Shown here piece after piece: positions 8,960-18,794 of a stretch of DNA of 64,000 bases. Origin of the DNA: Acinetobacter phage EAb13; the sequence record OQ717042.1; one strand, given 5' to 3'. The stretch's first letter is position 1. Each line of letters begins with the position of its first letter. The notes under the pieces were generated by a model. It searched no databases, was not told where the DNA came from, and saw nothing but the letters and a program-made list of their open reading frames with translations. A program made the position numbers and the translations under genes.

Positions 8960-10665
8960 TGGCAGATAAGAATTTACTTATTGAAATTATCTGGGACCCC
9001 TCCCCTATTCCTGTGGATGAAAAAATTGCCCGTTCTACCTTAGTTATTGAACTGCCAATAGGTGTAATGCTTGGCGGTGGAGGTGGCGGTGGTTCAGGCG
9101 GTGACTACATCCCGACTTCTGAAAAAGGCCAAGCTGGTGGGGTGGCTGAATTAGATGACAATGGAAAAGTGCCAGCTTCTCAGTTACCAGCAGCACAAAC
9201 TGGGGACTTTATCCCAAAATCTGAAAAGGGCCAGCCGTTAGGTGTGGCAACCTTGGCAGAGGATGGGCTTGTGGATTGGCGACAATTACCACCGCCACCT
9301 GATTTAAGCGGCTATGTTATGACATGGCAAATTGGTCAGCCAAACGGGGTTGCTGATTTAGACAGCTCTGGCATGATTCCAGCATTTAGAATGCCAGCTT
9401 TGGATTTCATCCCAGCAAGCGCCCTTGGTCAGCCTTGGGGTGTTGCCATGCTGAACAGTGAAGGTAAAGTTTTATCTTCACAACTACCACCTTTCCCAGA
9501 CTTGGATTTTGTACCTATGTCTTTCATAGGGCAAAATGGTGGGGTAGCTGAACTAGACTTCACTGGTAAAGTGCCTGCTTCACAGTTGCCAACGTATGAT
9601 TTTTCTGGATTTGCTTTGAAAAGTTCAGTTGGTCAAGCTGGTGGCATTGCTGCTTTAGACGAGGATGGAAAAGTTCCATCTGATCAATTGCCAGCTTTTC
9701 CAGTGACCAAGGTTAATGGTTATACTGGAAATGTAAACCTAACATATACCGACGTAAATGCGGATATTGCAGGTACAGCAATAACTCAAGCAACCAACGC
9801 AAGAGTAGCGGCAGTTGCTCAAGCACATGCTGAGATTGACCCATTAATTACCAACTTGCAAAATAACAAGCTGGACAAAGTTGATTATATTCAACATTTC
9901 CGAGGGTTATTTACAAGTTATAGTGCTTTAACTACAGCTATTCCTGTAGGTATCAACGGTGATTATGCTCATATCGACAGCGGTGCAGGCTTTGACCGTA
10001 TGCAAGCCATTTGGGATAGTAGCGATTCCAAATGGGTGGTAAATCAGGTAAACGTTCCGCACAATACCGATGAAATGCCAGAAGGTAGTACAAACCTTTA
10101 TCATACATCGGCAAGAGTTCGGGCCGTACCCTTAACTGGGATTGATATACCAACAGCTAGTCGAGACATTACGGCTAACGATACAATTATGACTGCCCTT
10201 GCACAGCTTCAAGCAAATTATAAAGCTTTGCCAGCAGGTGGTACGATTGAAGATGCAACTTGGGTAGCAGCAAGTACAGTAGGTGTAACGGGCGCAAATG
10301 GTGACGCAAACCAAAACTGGTCAGGCATAGAGTTTTGCCGATACAAAGGCTATTTATGGATGCGTGGTTTTTACACAGCAACTGTAGCTTTATCTGCTGG
10401 TAACCGATTATTCACGATTACCAACAACAAATATAAAGTTTTGCAGCCGCAAAATACCCCGAACATTTATGTAGGTTTTTATCAGTATGCTGTCAATTTA
10501 AGAATTTTAACAAATGGTTTGTTTTCAAATATTCAAGTTACTGATGCAACAACCGCTGCTAACTCAGTTCAATACATCCATCAATCTGTAAACGAAAGTG
10601 GAACAGCAAATGCATATCATAAAGTTCCTATGATATGTGTAGGAAAACTTGCCGACCCAACCTAA
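8959..10665 (+). CDS. tail-fibre-like protein with 6-7 tandem Phage_fiber_2-type repeats and an N-terminal poly-Gly tract
   Basis: Repeated units [FY]IP.SEKGQ..GVA.LD..GKVP.SQLP (7 copies) after GGGGGGGSGG. A strong terminator follows. Confidence 0.75.
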   Translation: MADKNLLIEIIWDPSPIPVDEKIARSTLVIELPIGVMLGGGGGGGSGGDYIPTSEKGQAGGVAELDDNGKVPASQLPAAQTGDFIPKSEKGQPLGVATLAEDGLVDWRQLPPPPDLSGYVMTWQIGQPNGVADLDSSGMIPAFRMPALDFIPASALGQPWGVAMLNSEGKVLSSQLPPFPDLDFVPMSFIGQNGGVAELDFTGKVPASQLPTYDFSGFALKSSVGQAGGIAALDEDGKVPSDQLPAFPVTKVNGYTGNVNLTYTDVNADIAGTAITQATNARVAAVAQAHAEIDPLITNLQNNKLDKVDYIQHFRGLFTSYSALTTAIPVGINGDYAHIDSGAGFDRMQAIWDSSDSKWVVNQVNVPHNTDEMPEGSTNLYHTSARVRAVPLTGIDIPTASRDITANDTIMTALAQLQANYKALPAGGTIEDATWVAASTVGVTGANGDANQNWSGIEFCRYKGYLWMRGFYTATVALSAGNRLFTITNNKYKVLQPQNTPNIYVGFYQYAVNLRILTNGLFSNIQVTDATTAANSVQYIHQSVNESGTANAYHKVPMICVGKLADPT

Positions 10666-10685
10666 AAATTGGGTTACTAAAACCA

Positions 10686-10713
10686 AGGACCACCAAAACG
10701 GTGGTCCTTTTAA
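10686..10713 (+). terminator. rho-independent terminator (GGACCACC-aaaac-GGTGGTCC + TTTT)
   Basis: Perfect 8-bp GC-rich stem followed by a T-run. Confidence 0.7.
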
Positions 10714-10733
10714 CAGCTTTAAGGAGCTAAAAA

Positions 10734-11054
10734 ATGGTAAAGACAAAAAGCGATTCACGTCTAAATGATCAGGCAAAGCTGTTAAAGGTTTTACTGAATC
10801 AAGGCGTTTACTTGGTCAATAAATGGCGACCATGTGATAAGCACTTATTAGGTCTAGCCAATAGTTTAAAAAACCAAGGGATTGTCGTCATCACGAAAGA
10901 AGGCCGTACCAATCTGAAAGTACAGCGGAATGTAAAGCCAAAGGTAATGGTTGAAAAACTCGTCAAGAATGAAAAATTCCATGATGTATATCTCCATATG
11001 GTAAATAGTCCACGCAAAGGTACTGTACACAGTAGCTTTGGAATTGAAAATTGA
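10734..11054 (+). CDS. putative winged-helix DNA-binding protein (106 aa)
   Basis: AAGGAG RBS. First gene of a new transcription unit; basic, wHTH-like sequence. Confidence 0.5.
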   Translation: MVKTKSDSRLNDQAKLLKVLLNQGVYLVNKWRPCDKHLLGLANSLKNQGIVVITKEGRTNLKVQRNVKPKVMVEKLVKNEKFHDVYLHMVNSPRKGTVHSSFGIEN

Positions 11055-11089
11055 AATAGGTAATTTAGTTAAATAGGTAGGTAAATAAA

Positions 11090-11605
11090 ATGGTTAGAAC
11101 TGACTTATTAGAAACGTTGAAAGAATTTTTGAAAACTATCCCGTCTGAAAAATTTGACCTGAACACTTGGCGAAATAATTTGCAGGATAGTCGCAAGGTT
11201 TCAGACTTAGATTTAATGACAGAATGCGGAACCACAGCGTGTGCAATGGGTTGGGCTGCAACTTTACCAGAGTTCAAGAAAGAGGGTTTAAGTTGTGGCG
11301 TTATGGGTTTGTCTTTTCAGAATCCTAAAATAGAGGATAATGATTTTTTTACTGGTTTTAGTGCTTCTGCCCACGTATTTGGTTTTCGCCGAATAAAAAC
11401 AGCCAGATGTTTATTTTCAAAATTACATTATGAGCGTTCTCAGTATACCTATGTAGGACCTGAACGAGTAGTTGCCAGAATTGAACGACTATTAAAACTG
11501 TTAGAACTTCCTGAAGGTATGGTCTTTTCCGACTCTGATTTATATGACTTTGAATATAAGGCAGAAGGACAGTTCCATTTAGAAGTAGAAACAAACCGAA
11601 TTTAA
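11090..11605 (+). CDS. hypothetical protein (171 aa)
   Basis: ORF with AGGTAAATAAAATG context. Confidence 0.55.
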   Translation: MVRTDLLETLKEFLKTIPSEKFDLNTWRNNLQDSRKVSDLDLMTECGTTACAMGWAATLPEFKKEGLSCGVMGLSFQNPKIEDNDFFTGFSASAHVFGFRRIKTARCLFSKLHYERSQYTYVGPERVVARIERLLKLLELPEGMVFSDSDLYDFEYKAEGQFHLEVETNRI

Positions 11606-11615
11606 GGTGATTAAA

Positions 11616-12116
11616 ATGACTGTTAAGAAACATGAAAGAATCTTACGCTATATCACCTTAATGTTAGGTGATCAGCGTTTAAGCTTGGTGAATATTGCCC
11701 ACCTTAAAAAACAGCAAATCATCCGCTTTGATGTGGAATTTATGCAGAAGCATATTTGTCACATTGAAATTGATGAACGTTTTGACTCAGTACCTACAGC
11801 GGTATTTCAGATTTACCACAATCATCCAGCTCGTAAGGTTGAGGATTTAGAATATAAAATCCGCATCAATACTTTACATGACCAACCAACGGCATGGATT
11901 GAAGGAAATGTAGCGCCTAAGCGTTATTTCCCATGGGTACGAATGTCAATAGAAGCGGCACGGGAAATTGTAGAGTCAACCAGTGTTCGTATAACCCACA
12001 GTAAACGAACTGATGAAATTAGTTCTAGTAAATACTTTGACCATTTTGAGTTTAAGCTTCAAGATGACCCCCGTGACCCTTACTTGCCAGACGAAGATTG
12101 GAAGGATGAAGAATGA
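11616..12116 (+). CDS. hypothetical protein (166 aa)
   Basis: ATG with AAGGTGA RBS; the ORF-track GTG at 11607 is less likely. Confidence 0.5.
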   Translation: MTVKKHERILRYITLMLGDQRLSLVNIAHLKKQQIIRFDVEFMQKHICHIEIDERFDSVPTAVFQIYHNHPARKVEDLEYKIRINTLHDQPTAWIEGNVAPKRYFPWVRMSIEAAREIVESTSVRITHSKRTDEISSSKYFDHFEFKLQDDPRDPYLPDEDWKDEE

Positions 12117-12862
12117 CCAAGTATTTTGATAAACCATTGGGGTTGATGCCAGTAAATCCTGAGACAATAGATTTACACAATATCTATCGAGCACGTCAGA
12201 TGTTCGACCTGATTGGTAATCAAAATTCTAGTGCATCTTTTTCCCTATACTGGTTAATGATGGTACGAGAAAGTTACCGTATAGCCTGCATTGAGCACCC
12301 AAAAAGTAGGCTAAAACGTGTGCAGTACCTAAACAAAGTGTACCCGTTTGGTGTGAGTCTATATCGTAACCCTAGCAGATTTTTGCGTTGGTACTTGTCC
12401 CGTAACAATGATTTGTTAATGGGTGACCCAACTGGAAATTATTATCTGCCAGTGAATACGAATGACACAAAGCTTGAGCTTGTACCACATCCTTTTCCCA
12501 ACGCACTGGCCGACAGATTCACCTTATCCGTGCTTCGGTATCTGACCAAGATGCCAAAAGTGCGGTATGTTCGGAAAGAAGTAGGGTATGGATATGTTGA
12601 ATTGCTCAGACCAACATTTGTTTATCTGGATGAACAGGGCAAAGTTCAGCGTCACAATTATGATGAAAGTCGTTATCGTGACCGCAGCTCTAAACAGACC
12701 AGTGAACTAAAAGTAAAACTGACAGGTTATTTGACTGAATGGGAAATTAAAGAATATCTCCTGTCAGAACTCAAAATTTTCATCAAGTATCATCGTGAGA
12801 CTATGGACGATAGATGGTACAGATTTTTACAACAGCACCCACTGATTAGTGGAAATATTTAG
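12113..12862 (+). CDS. hypothetical protein (249 aa)
   Basis: ATGA overlap. Confidence 0.6.
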   Translation: MTKYFDKPLGLMPVNPETIDLHNIYRARQMFDLIGNQNSSASFSLYWLMMVRESYRIACIEHPKSRLKRVQYLNKVYPFGVSLYRNPSRFLRWYLSRNNDLLMGDPTGNYYLPVNTNDTKLELVPHPFPNALADRFTLSVLRYLTKMPKVRYVRKEVGYGYVELLRPTFVYLDEQGKVQRHNYDESRYRDRSSKQTSELKVKLTGYLTEWEIKEYLLSELKIFIKYHRETMDDRWYRFLQQHPLISGNI

Positions 12863-12873
12863 AGAACTTAACT

Positions 12874-13431
12874 ATGACATTCAACTTAAAAGATTTAAAA
12901 AATGGCGATTTCGTTACCCTTGCATGTGGCTTAGGCTTTGTCGTTGCGACAGCCAATGTTGTAGGTGATACGGTTGCCATTGAAATGAGCCGTATTGACA
13001 AAAAGTCTGGTACTCATTGCACGAAGCGAATCACAGTAACCGAAGACGGTTATTACATTGCTACCGAAGAACCAACCATGTTTGACATTGTGCGTGTTTC
13101 AGATCGGGACCGTAATGTCCAACTAACCGATGCTGGTATGGTTAGCCGTCAATCTAATGTTGACCTTCACAAGCAATTGTACATGGCAAGTAACCGAAAC
13201 ATTTTAATGTATAAGGTACGCACCCGAAACAATTACTGGTCAAACGTTATCAGTGTTGATTCAAACGACCCAGAAGGCCGTTCATTCACACTTGGTTTGG
13301 AGCAGCTTAATGGTGGCCCAGACAGTCACAAGTATGTGACATATACACGTAACGGTTTAACTTTACGTTCTGCAGAAAGCGACGGCACATTCTATGATGC
13401 CTTCGACATTATTGAGGTCCAAGGGCTATGA
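12874..13431 (+). CDS. hypothetical protein (185 aa)
   Basis: ORF in operon. Confidence 0.55.
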   Translation: MTFNLKDLKNGDFVTLACGLGFVVATANVVGDTVAIEMSRIDKKSGTHCTKRITVTEDGYYIATEEPTMFDIVRVSDRDRNVQLTDAGMVSRQSNVDLHKQLYMASNRNILMYKVRTRNNYWSNVISVDSNDPEGRSFTLGLEQLNGGPDSHKYVTYTRNGLTLRSAESDGTFYDAFDIIEVQGL

Positions 13432-13697
13432 GTAAAAAGCCAACAGTCAAAAACAAGTACCCAATCAATGAAGCTTTAACCATGATTGCTGAGGGTATTA
13501 TTGATGAGTTTTCTTGGCATGTTTCAAATCAACAGGAAGCTGTATATTTTCGCAACTGCATCACTCGTTATGTTTTGCAGTTCGAGGGTCTAAAGCTAAA
13601 AACCAATATCGTTAAAGCTATCGTGGATGAAGAAATTAAACGTTTTGTATTCATTCAACGAGTAGAGGAAGACGAGCCAGAGTCAGAGGAAAATTAA
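13428..13697 (+). CDS. hypothetical protein (89 aa)
   Basis: ATGA overlap. Confidence 0.5.
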   Translation: MSKKPTVKNKYPINEALTMIAEGIIDEFSWHVSNQQEAVYFRNCITRYVLQFEGLKLKTNIVKAIVDEEIKRFVFIQRVEEDEPESEEN

Positions 13698-14126
13698 ATG
13701 AATTTGACATATATACGAGCTTACCCAATCTCAACCCTCATCCAAGTTTTGGACACTGAAAAAGTAAAGAAAGCCATAGCTGAATGGTCAAAACATGCTG
13801 GGATTGGTATACAGCGTTGTGCCAGAATTGAAAAAATGTTGTTTACAATCTTATATTTAAAGCAACATTTTGAAGAAAATACGGGTGGTTCAAAACCACT
13901 GGCAACCATGGCCGATAAGCACAAAGAAATGATCATAGAGTTTTATAAGGAACTCTTACAGATCAATTCAAGTCAAGTGCAACTGGTATCTGGTCAAGCT
14001 TTTATAAGTATGTTGAATGTGATTTCTGAGGAAGCAGAAAATATTGAAGACATGAAAAAAGCTTCTGAACCACGGGTTGCTGAACGCCCTGAAAAGGTAA
14101 ATGGTCCAGCTAATATAATGGGGTAG
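13698..14126 (+). CDS. hypothetical protein (142 aa)
   Basis: TAAATG junction. Confidence 0.5.
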   Translation: MNLTYIRAYPISTLIQVLDTEKVKKAIAEWSKHAGIGIQRCARIEKMLFTILYLKQHFEENTGGSKPLATMADKHKEMIIEFYKELLQINSSQVQLVSGQAFISMLNVISEEAENIEDMKKASEPRVAERPEKVNGPANIMG

Positions 14127-14129
14127 GTT

Positions 14130-14432
14130 ATGACTCAATATCCAACTATTGTAAAAGCAGCTTTAGAAATCTGGTATGACAACGGCATGATTAATCGTCA
14201 GGAACCAGAATCTGAAAAATTAGAGCTGTTAAATAAATGGCTTCCAACGCTTGATCAGCAAAAACTAGCTGATATTGAGAAAACATTGGCAGCTCTTAAA
14301 CATGACGATTTAGTTACCGTTTGTTGTGGCGAAGAAACAGAAGCTGCAGAAATCTGTGCTGATGAAGCAACAAATGATTTTTTAAATCAAATATTCGATG
14401 AAGAATATTTACAAGTTAAAACTCCTGAATAA
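14130..14432 (+). CDS. hypothetical acidic protein (100 aa)
   Basis: GGGGTAGGTTATG RBS. Confidence 0.5.
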   Translation: MTQYPTIVKAALEIWYDNGMINRQEPESEKLELLNKWLPTLDQQKLADIEKTLAALKHDDLVTVCCGEETEAAEICADEATNDFLNQIFDEEYLQVKTPE

Positions 14433-14444
14433 GTAGGTATCGAA

Positions 14445-14987
14445 ATGAATCAATTAGACAGCAAGCAAGTAGCAAAAACAGTTTCATACGCTGAGCACTG
14501 CAAAGACTTTTATGTGGCCGACGTTGTGACCAATAAAGGCGTAGTGGTTCCGATGTATATTCCGAAAAGCATTTGTAAAACCATGCGGGAACCACATGTT
14601 TTTCCAAAACCAACTGACGAAGAAAAACAAAGTTTGCATCTTCGTACCCGTCCAGAGGAACGTACAACCAGTGCGGTTGTCCAAGATATTAAGGTGATGT
14701 TTTTATACAACAACCAATATTGCGTTGGTGGTTTACAAGAACTGTATTATGTAAATACTTGGAAGCATATAAATCCTGACCGTGAACCTGCAGGTTATGT
14801 CCGTGGATTAGTTCACCATCAAGATGAATGCTTTGACGCTATGGAAAAATCGCATATGGTTGAACAGGATGCTGAACTAGCTGTGAAAATGGCTCAACGT
14901 CGTGAAGAATTTGCAGTATATGAAACGGTGCCAGAGTTAGCCAGCCTGATGCAAAATTACAACCTTACAGCAGATGACTTCCGATGA
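14445..14987 (+). CDS. hypothetical protein (180 aa)
   Basis: ORF in operon. Confidence 0.55.
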   Translation: MNQLDSKQVAKTVSYAEHCKDFYVADVVTNKGVVVPMYIPKSICKTMREPHVFPKPTDEEKQSLHLRTRPEERTTSAVVQDIKVMFLYNNQYCVGGLQELYYVNTWKHINPDREPAGYVRGLVHHQDECFDAMEKSHMVEQDAELAVKMAQRREEFAVYETVPELASLMQNYNLTADDFR

Positions 14988-15031
14988 AGTCATCTTAACA
15001 TATTGATTTAATTAAATATTTGGAGATAGTA

Positions 15032-15262
15032 ATGGGTAAAGTAGCAGACGCGATAAATGCTCAAATTAAAAGAAATGGTGAAACACCAGAGAATCTTTTA
15101 GTTAAAGCACTCTACGACACCTTGGTTAAACATAATCTAACCAGTAGCATTATGTTTCAGCAAATAACCTATGTTAAATATGGTCCAAAGTCTAGTTACT
15201 TGGAATACTATGTAACCCCAAAATTCGTTGAGTTCGTAAAAGAATTTAGCAAACAATTGTAA
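15032..15262 (+). CDS. hypothetical protein (76 aa)
   Basis: ATG with GGAG 6 nt upstream; the ORF-track TTG at 15020 is rejected. Confidence 0.5.
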   Translation: MGKVADAINAQIKRNGETPENLLVKALYDTLVKHNLTSSIMFQQITYVKYGPKSSYLEYYVTPKFVEFVKEFSKQL

Positions 15263-15291
15263 TATTTAAATTTTTAATTAGGAATATAGCC

Positions 15292-15849
15292 ATGAATACA
15301 GATATCCAAACATATTTAGAGTTCCAATACAGCACATCACGTGGTGCCGAAACTTACGGTTACCCAATCATGCGTTTGATTGACAGCCATTACCAAGGTA
15401 AAGCTTACAAATCCATGGGTGGTGGTTATGATGTACACGGAACCAACTTAGGCCATTGGTTGCAAGATATCATTAAAGAAAATGATTTATTGCTTCAAGC
15501 ATTCGCCATAGATTTATTGAAGTACATCAAAAAAGAAAATGAAATCCCATATGGTTTGAATTTTCCACGTGATTTCTTCAAACGTGATGAGCGTAACCGT
15601 ATCATCATCACAAATTATGCCAAGATTAAACGAGCTATCTTGGAAAAAACATGGACCCTAGATGGTGCATGTGGTGAAAGCTGCATGAAAGACATTGCCC
15701 GAATTGTAGGTATTGAAATTAAAGACCAGTACCAACGAGCAAAACGCAAAGGTCAAACAGACAAGTATCTTGGCAGTAATGTATATCTCACACCAAAAAA
15801 CACATATCGTAAGTTATGTGAAAAAGCAGGTGTGAAATTACATGTCTAA
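15292..15849 (+). CDS. hypothetical protein (185 aa)
   Basis: AGGAATATAGCCATG. Confidence 0.55.
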   Translation: MNTDIQTYLEFQYSTSRGAETYGYPIMRLIDSHYQGKAYKSMGGGYDVHGTNLGHWLQDIIKENDLLLQAFAIDLLKYIKKENEIPYGLNFPRDFFKRDERNRIIITNYAKIKRAILEKTWTLDGACGESCMKDIARIVGIEIKDQYQRAKRKGQTDKYLGSNVYLTPKNTYRKLCEKAGVKLHV

Positions 15850-16048
15850 GAAAATTGTGATTAATTCTTGTGAGGATTGTCCTCACAAGGACCATCGGGG
15901 TGGCTACGGCAACCCCTCTTATGTGCCATGTTGTCGTCTGAAAAATAAAAACCTTGGTTACAAGGTTGAAGTAAATTCTCGATTAACAGGAACGACAGCA
16001 GTTTATGATGGAAAGATACCAACGTGGTGTCCACTAGAGGATAATTAA
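15842..16048 (+). CDS. small Cys-rich (putative zinc-binding) protein (68 aa)
   Basis: CEDC...CC...C pattern (C10, C13, C30, C31, C63). Confidence 0.5.
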   Translation: MSKKIVINSCEDCPHKDHRGGYGNPSYVPCCRLKNKNLGYKVEVNSRLTGTTAVYDGKIPTWCPLEDN

Positions 16049-16049
16049 T

Positions 16050-16451
16050 ATGTCAAATTGGTGTGAAGAAAAATGGCGAAGGATTCCTGAGCCTGACTTT
16101 GAAAAGCTTGAAGAAATCATAAACGCTCAGTCTCAAGAAACACGTATCTTAGCTGAAATGGCTGAGAAAGGTTCTACCAGTATTGAAGGCTTTGCAGAAA
16201 TTGGCCGAAAGACTAGCCGAACCATTCACAAAGGCCGTAACGTTGGCCGAACCATAGTGGCGCTAGGTGCAAATCCAGCGTTGCTTGCTGACGTAATGTC
16301 ACAAGGACCAAACGGTTTTGGTATGAAGGAAGGGTACATTAATGGTGAACCTGCCTTTGACAAAAACTTAACCCGTGAAGATTTCCCAAGCCGCCAAGCA
16401 TGGCGGGCATATTGCCGTGAGCTTGCAAAGCGTCACTCGAAAGGAAAGTAA
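16050..16451 (+). CDS. hypothetical protein (133 aa)
   Basis: ORF in operon. Confidence 0.5.
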   Translation: MSNWCEEKWRRIPEPDFEKLEEIINAQSQETRILAEMAEKGSTSIEGFAEIGRKTSRTIHKGRNVGRTIVALGANPALLADVMSQGPNGFGMKEGYINGEPAFDKNLTREDFPSRQAWRAYCRELAKRHSKGK

Positions 16452-16452
16452 C

Positions 16453-16809
16453 ATGACTCACAAATATAAAGCTGGTGTGCTTTCAGTTGAAAAACTGAAA
16501 GCATATAAAGTAAAAGGAAACCAACTGGTATCAATACCAGTGGATGATTTAGGCATCAATTACACTGGCTTGAAAAAGCTGTTGTCATATGCCTTGGTAG
16601 AAGCTCGAAAATTACACGTTCGCTTAAATGAATGGGACGATGTAGAAATCGACTTAGTTGAAGATCATATCAATCACAAAATTGTGGATGTGAATTTTAT
16701 GATCAAAGGTTATGCAACACACCGTGTGCTGGGTGTAAAGGTTATTAAAAATAACCCAGCTTCATTTGAATCGGTAAGCATTCATGCTTTACCAAAGAAA
16801 TTTGGATAA
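16453..16809 (+). CDS. hypothetical protein (118 aa)
   Basis: ATG with AAAGGAAAG RBS. Preferred over the ORF-track start at 16375, which overlaps the upstream gene. Confidence 0.5.
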   Translation: MTHKYKAGVLSVEKLKAYKVKGNQLVSIPVDDLGINYTGLKKLLSYALVEARKLHVRLNEWDDVEIDLVEDHINHKIVDVNFMIKGYATHRVLGVKVIKNNPASFESVSIHALPKKFG

Positions 16810-16814
16810 TAGAA

Positions 16815-17585
16815 ATGTATAAAGTTCTTAGAAATTATATTCACTACATGACAGCTTGGCAGGCTGAAAACTTTCCAACCCTTTCAACTAACACACCATT
16901 TCACATTGTAGAACACTTGTTGTATTGCAACGGAAATGGCTGTCATTGGTTGAATGAAGAAACTGGTGTTGATCATTTAATCATGCAGATGGAATTAAAA
17001 CTGGATGGTTTAAATGGCTGGATTGACTTTCCTTTTTGTAATGATGAAACCACTTCGGTTATTTATACAAAAATGAATGAGCGTCATCATTCATATTATA
17101 GCCAGCATGAACATTTCTTATCTGGCCTAGTTAAAGACAAAGCGTTAGAAATTAACCCAGCTCTTAAAGAAATGAAACTGGATGACCCAAAGTATTGGGT
17201 TAAGGTAATTCGTGAGAACTTTGCCCAAAAGGTAGCCGAAGCTCAATCATTTAAATACATTTGGGAAGTTACAAAGAAACGTCCAGAACAAAATTCTTTA
17301 GGCTTTCCGTATGATTTTAACCGACCAGTGAAACCTGCCAGTCGTAAGTTTATTCCAGTATTAAAACTATTGGATTTCTCAAAGCAACATGACGTGACAC
17401 ATAACACTGAGCTATTTGAATTAACCCGAATGATTAATGAAGCTGTGATTAAAGTCTACACAAACATTATTGATTCGCCAGAGCAGCAAGAAATTTTAGG
17501 TGAAGAATTTATTGCTAGTATTCGCAACAAGCTGAACCATTTCACCGACTTCCATTACCAAAACTTCGCTTACTTCGATCTATAA
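16815..17585 (+). CDS. hypothetical protein (256 aa)
   Basis: ORF in operon. Confidence 0.55.
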   Translation: MYKVLRNYIHYMTAWQAENFPTLSTNTPFHIVEHLLYCNGNGCHWLNEETGVDHLIMQMELKLDGLNGWIDFPFCNDETTSVIYTKMNERHHSYYSQHEHFLSGLVKDKALEINPALKEMKLDDPKYWVKVIRENFAQKVAEAQSFKYIWEVTKKRPEQNSLGFPYDFNRPVKPASRKFIPVLKLLDFSKQHDVTHNTELFELTRMINEAVIKVYTNIIDSPEQQEILGEEFIASIRNKLNHFTDFHYQNFAYFDL

Positions 17586-17596
17586 GGAATACAACC

Positions 17597-18208
17597 ATGT
17601 CAGAAACTATTCGTGACCAAGCACTTCGTGCAGCTTTAGCAATCCTTGACAGTGAAAAACAGATTGCTTTCATCACATTCCAATATGCTCAGCACACGTT
17701 CACTAAGCAGACTGAAAAACCACAAATTTACCGTGCAAAGGTGACAGTGGAACAAGCTGAGGAAATTATGCGTCAGCAAGGTATCATCAATCAGTATAAA
17801 GATGAGCTAAAAAATCAACCTGTTGGTAAAACCATTGATGATTTGATCAACGGTCCAGCGGTTACTTATCTTGGTGGTGAACCTCAAGCTGTTCAACCAC
17901 GTCCTGACAATATTTACGGGGTAATCACCAATCCAAATGGATTACCTTCATTAATTTTAATTAACAGTATTTTTGGATATGAACAATTAGCAGGTGTGGA
18001 GATTCCTTTAGACCAGCTAAAATATGTTCATGCTGTATTGCCATTAACCACAGAAAGTGCTGCTCAGCAAAAAGAAACCGAACTGGTTAATGTGGTGTCA
18101 AAACGTATTAAAGAAAACTTCAATGTAAACTTCGCTAAGAATTTACTTGGAGACGAAGGGTATAATGACGTAATTAAAACTCTGAATAAACCTGTTGACA
18201 AAGAATAA
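17597..18208 (+). CDS. hypothetical protein (203 aa)
   Basis: AAGGAATACAACCATG RBS. Confidence 0.55.
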   Translation: MSETIRDQALRAALAILDSEKQIAFITFQYAQHTFTKQTEKPQIYRAKVTVEQAEEIMRQQGIINQYKDELKNQPVGKTIDDLINGPAVTYLGGEPQAVQPRPDNIYGVITNPNGLPSLILINSIFGYEQLAGVEIPLDQLKYVHAVLPLTTESAAQQKETELVNVVSKRIKENFNVNFAKNLLGDEGYNDVIKTLNKPVDKE

Positions 18209-18236
18209 ATTACCCTGTAGTTTTTCTTTCAAGACA

Positions 18237-18274
18237 CCCAAGTTTGACTAATCCATGCCACAGTCAAGCTTGGG
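18237..18274. promoter_or_regulatory. 13-bp inverted repeat CCCAAGTTTGACT / AGTCAAGCTTGGG (12/13 complementary, 12-bp spacer): operator or terminator hairpin between transcription units
   Basis: Read directly. Followed by TTTGTTGT; contains a TTGACT hexamer. Confidence 0.5.
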
Positions 18275-18320
18275 TTTGTTGTAGGTGGCAAAAAAGTAAC
18301 CAAAGAGTGAGGATGACAAT

Positions 18321-18740
18321 ATGTCAAACACTAATAACCCAAACGCAATCCCAAAAGCGGGTGATGATACCGATTTAAACGGTTTTTTTAATTCTTTAGG
18401 CGCTGGTGTTCAGCGTAAGATTATTGAAAAAGTTTTATCAAGTACCGCTAAAGGTGTACTCGACCATGGCGCGAAAGGCAAAACTGGTGAAGTAAACATT
18501 AAGATGAAAATCTCACGTTTATCTGACGATTCAGTTGAACAAGGTGCGGTTAAAATCGTATCGGAAGTTTCATTTGCTACACCAACCCAACGTGGTAAAA
18601 AAGCAGAAAACGAAGTTCGTGAAACTGTGATGTACATGACACGTGAAGGTTTACGTGACACACCACCGAAAAAACTTGACGAAGAACAACATAACCAGTC
18701 AGGTATGCCAGCCCAAAAAACGGGAACTTACGCTAGTTAA
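18321..18740 (+). CDS. hypothetical protein (139 aa), insulated monocistronic unit
   Basis: GAGTGAGGATGACAATATG RBS. The palindrome lies upstream and a terminator overlaps the stop codon. Confidence 0.6.
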   Translation: MSNTNNPNAIPKAGDDTDLNGFFNSLGAGVQRKIIEKVLSSTAKGVLDHGAKGKTGEVNIKMKISRLSDDSVEQGAVKIVSEVSFATPTQRGKKAENEVRETVMYMTREGLRDTPPKKLDEEQHNQSGMPAQKTGTYAS

Positions 18741-18756
18741 TCTAGCGTAGTTTTTT
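18730..18756 (+). terminator. rho-independent terminator (ACGCTAG-ttaat-CTAGCGT + AGTTTTTT)
   Basis: 7-bp stem followed by a T6 run. Confidence 0.6.
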
Positions 18757-18794
18757 AACTTAACCTTAACCAAAAATTTAAGAGTAAATATCAC

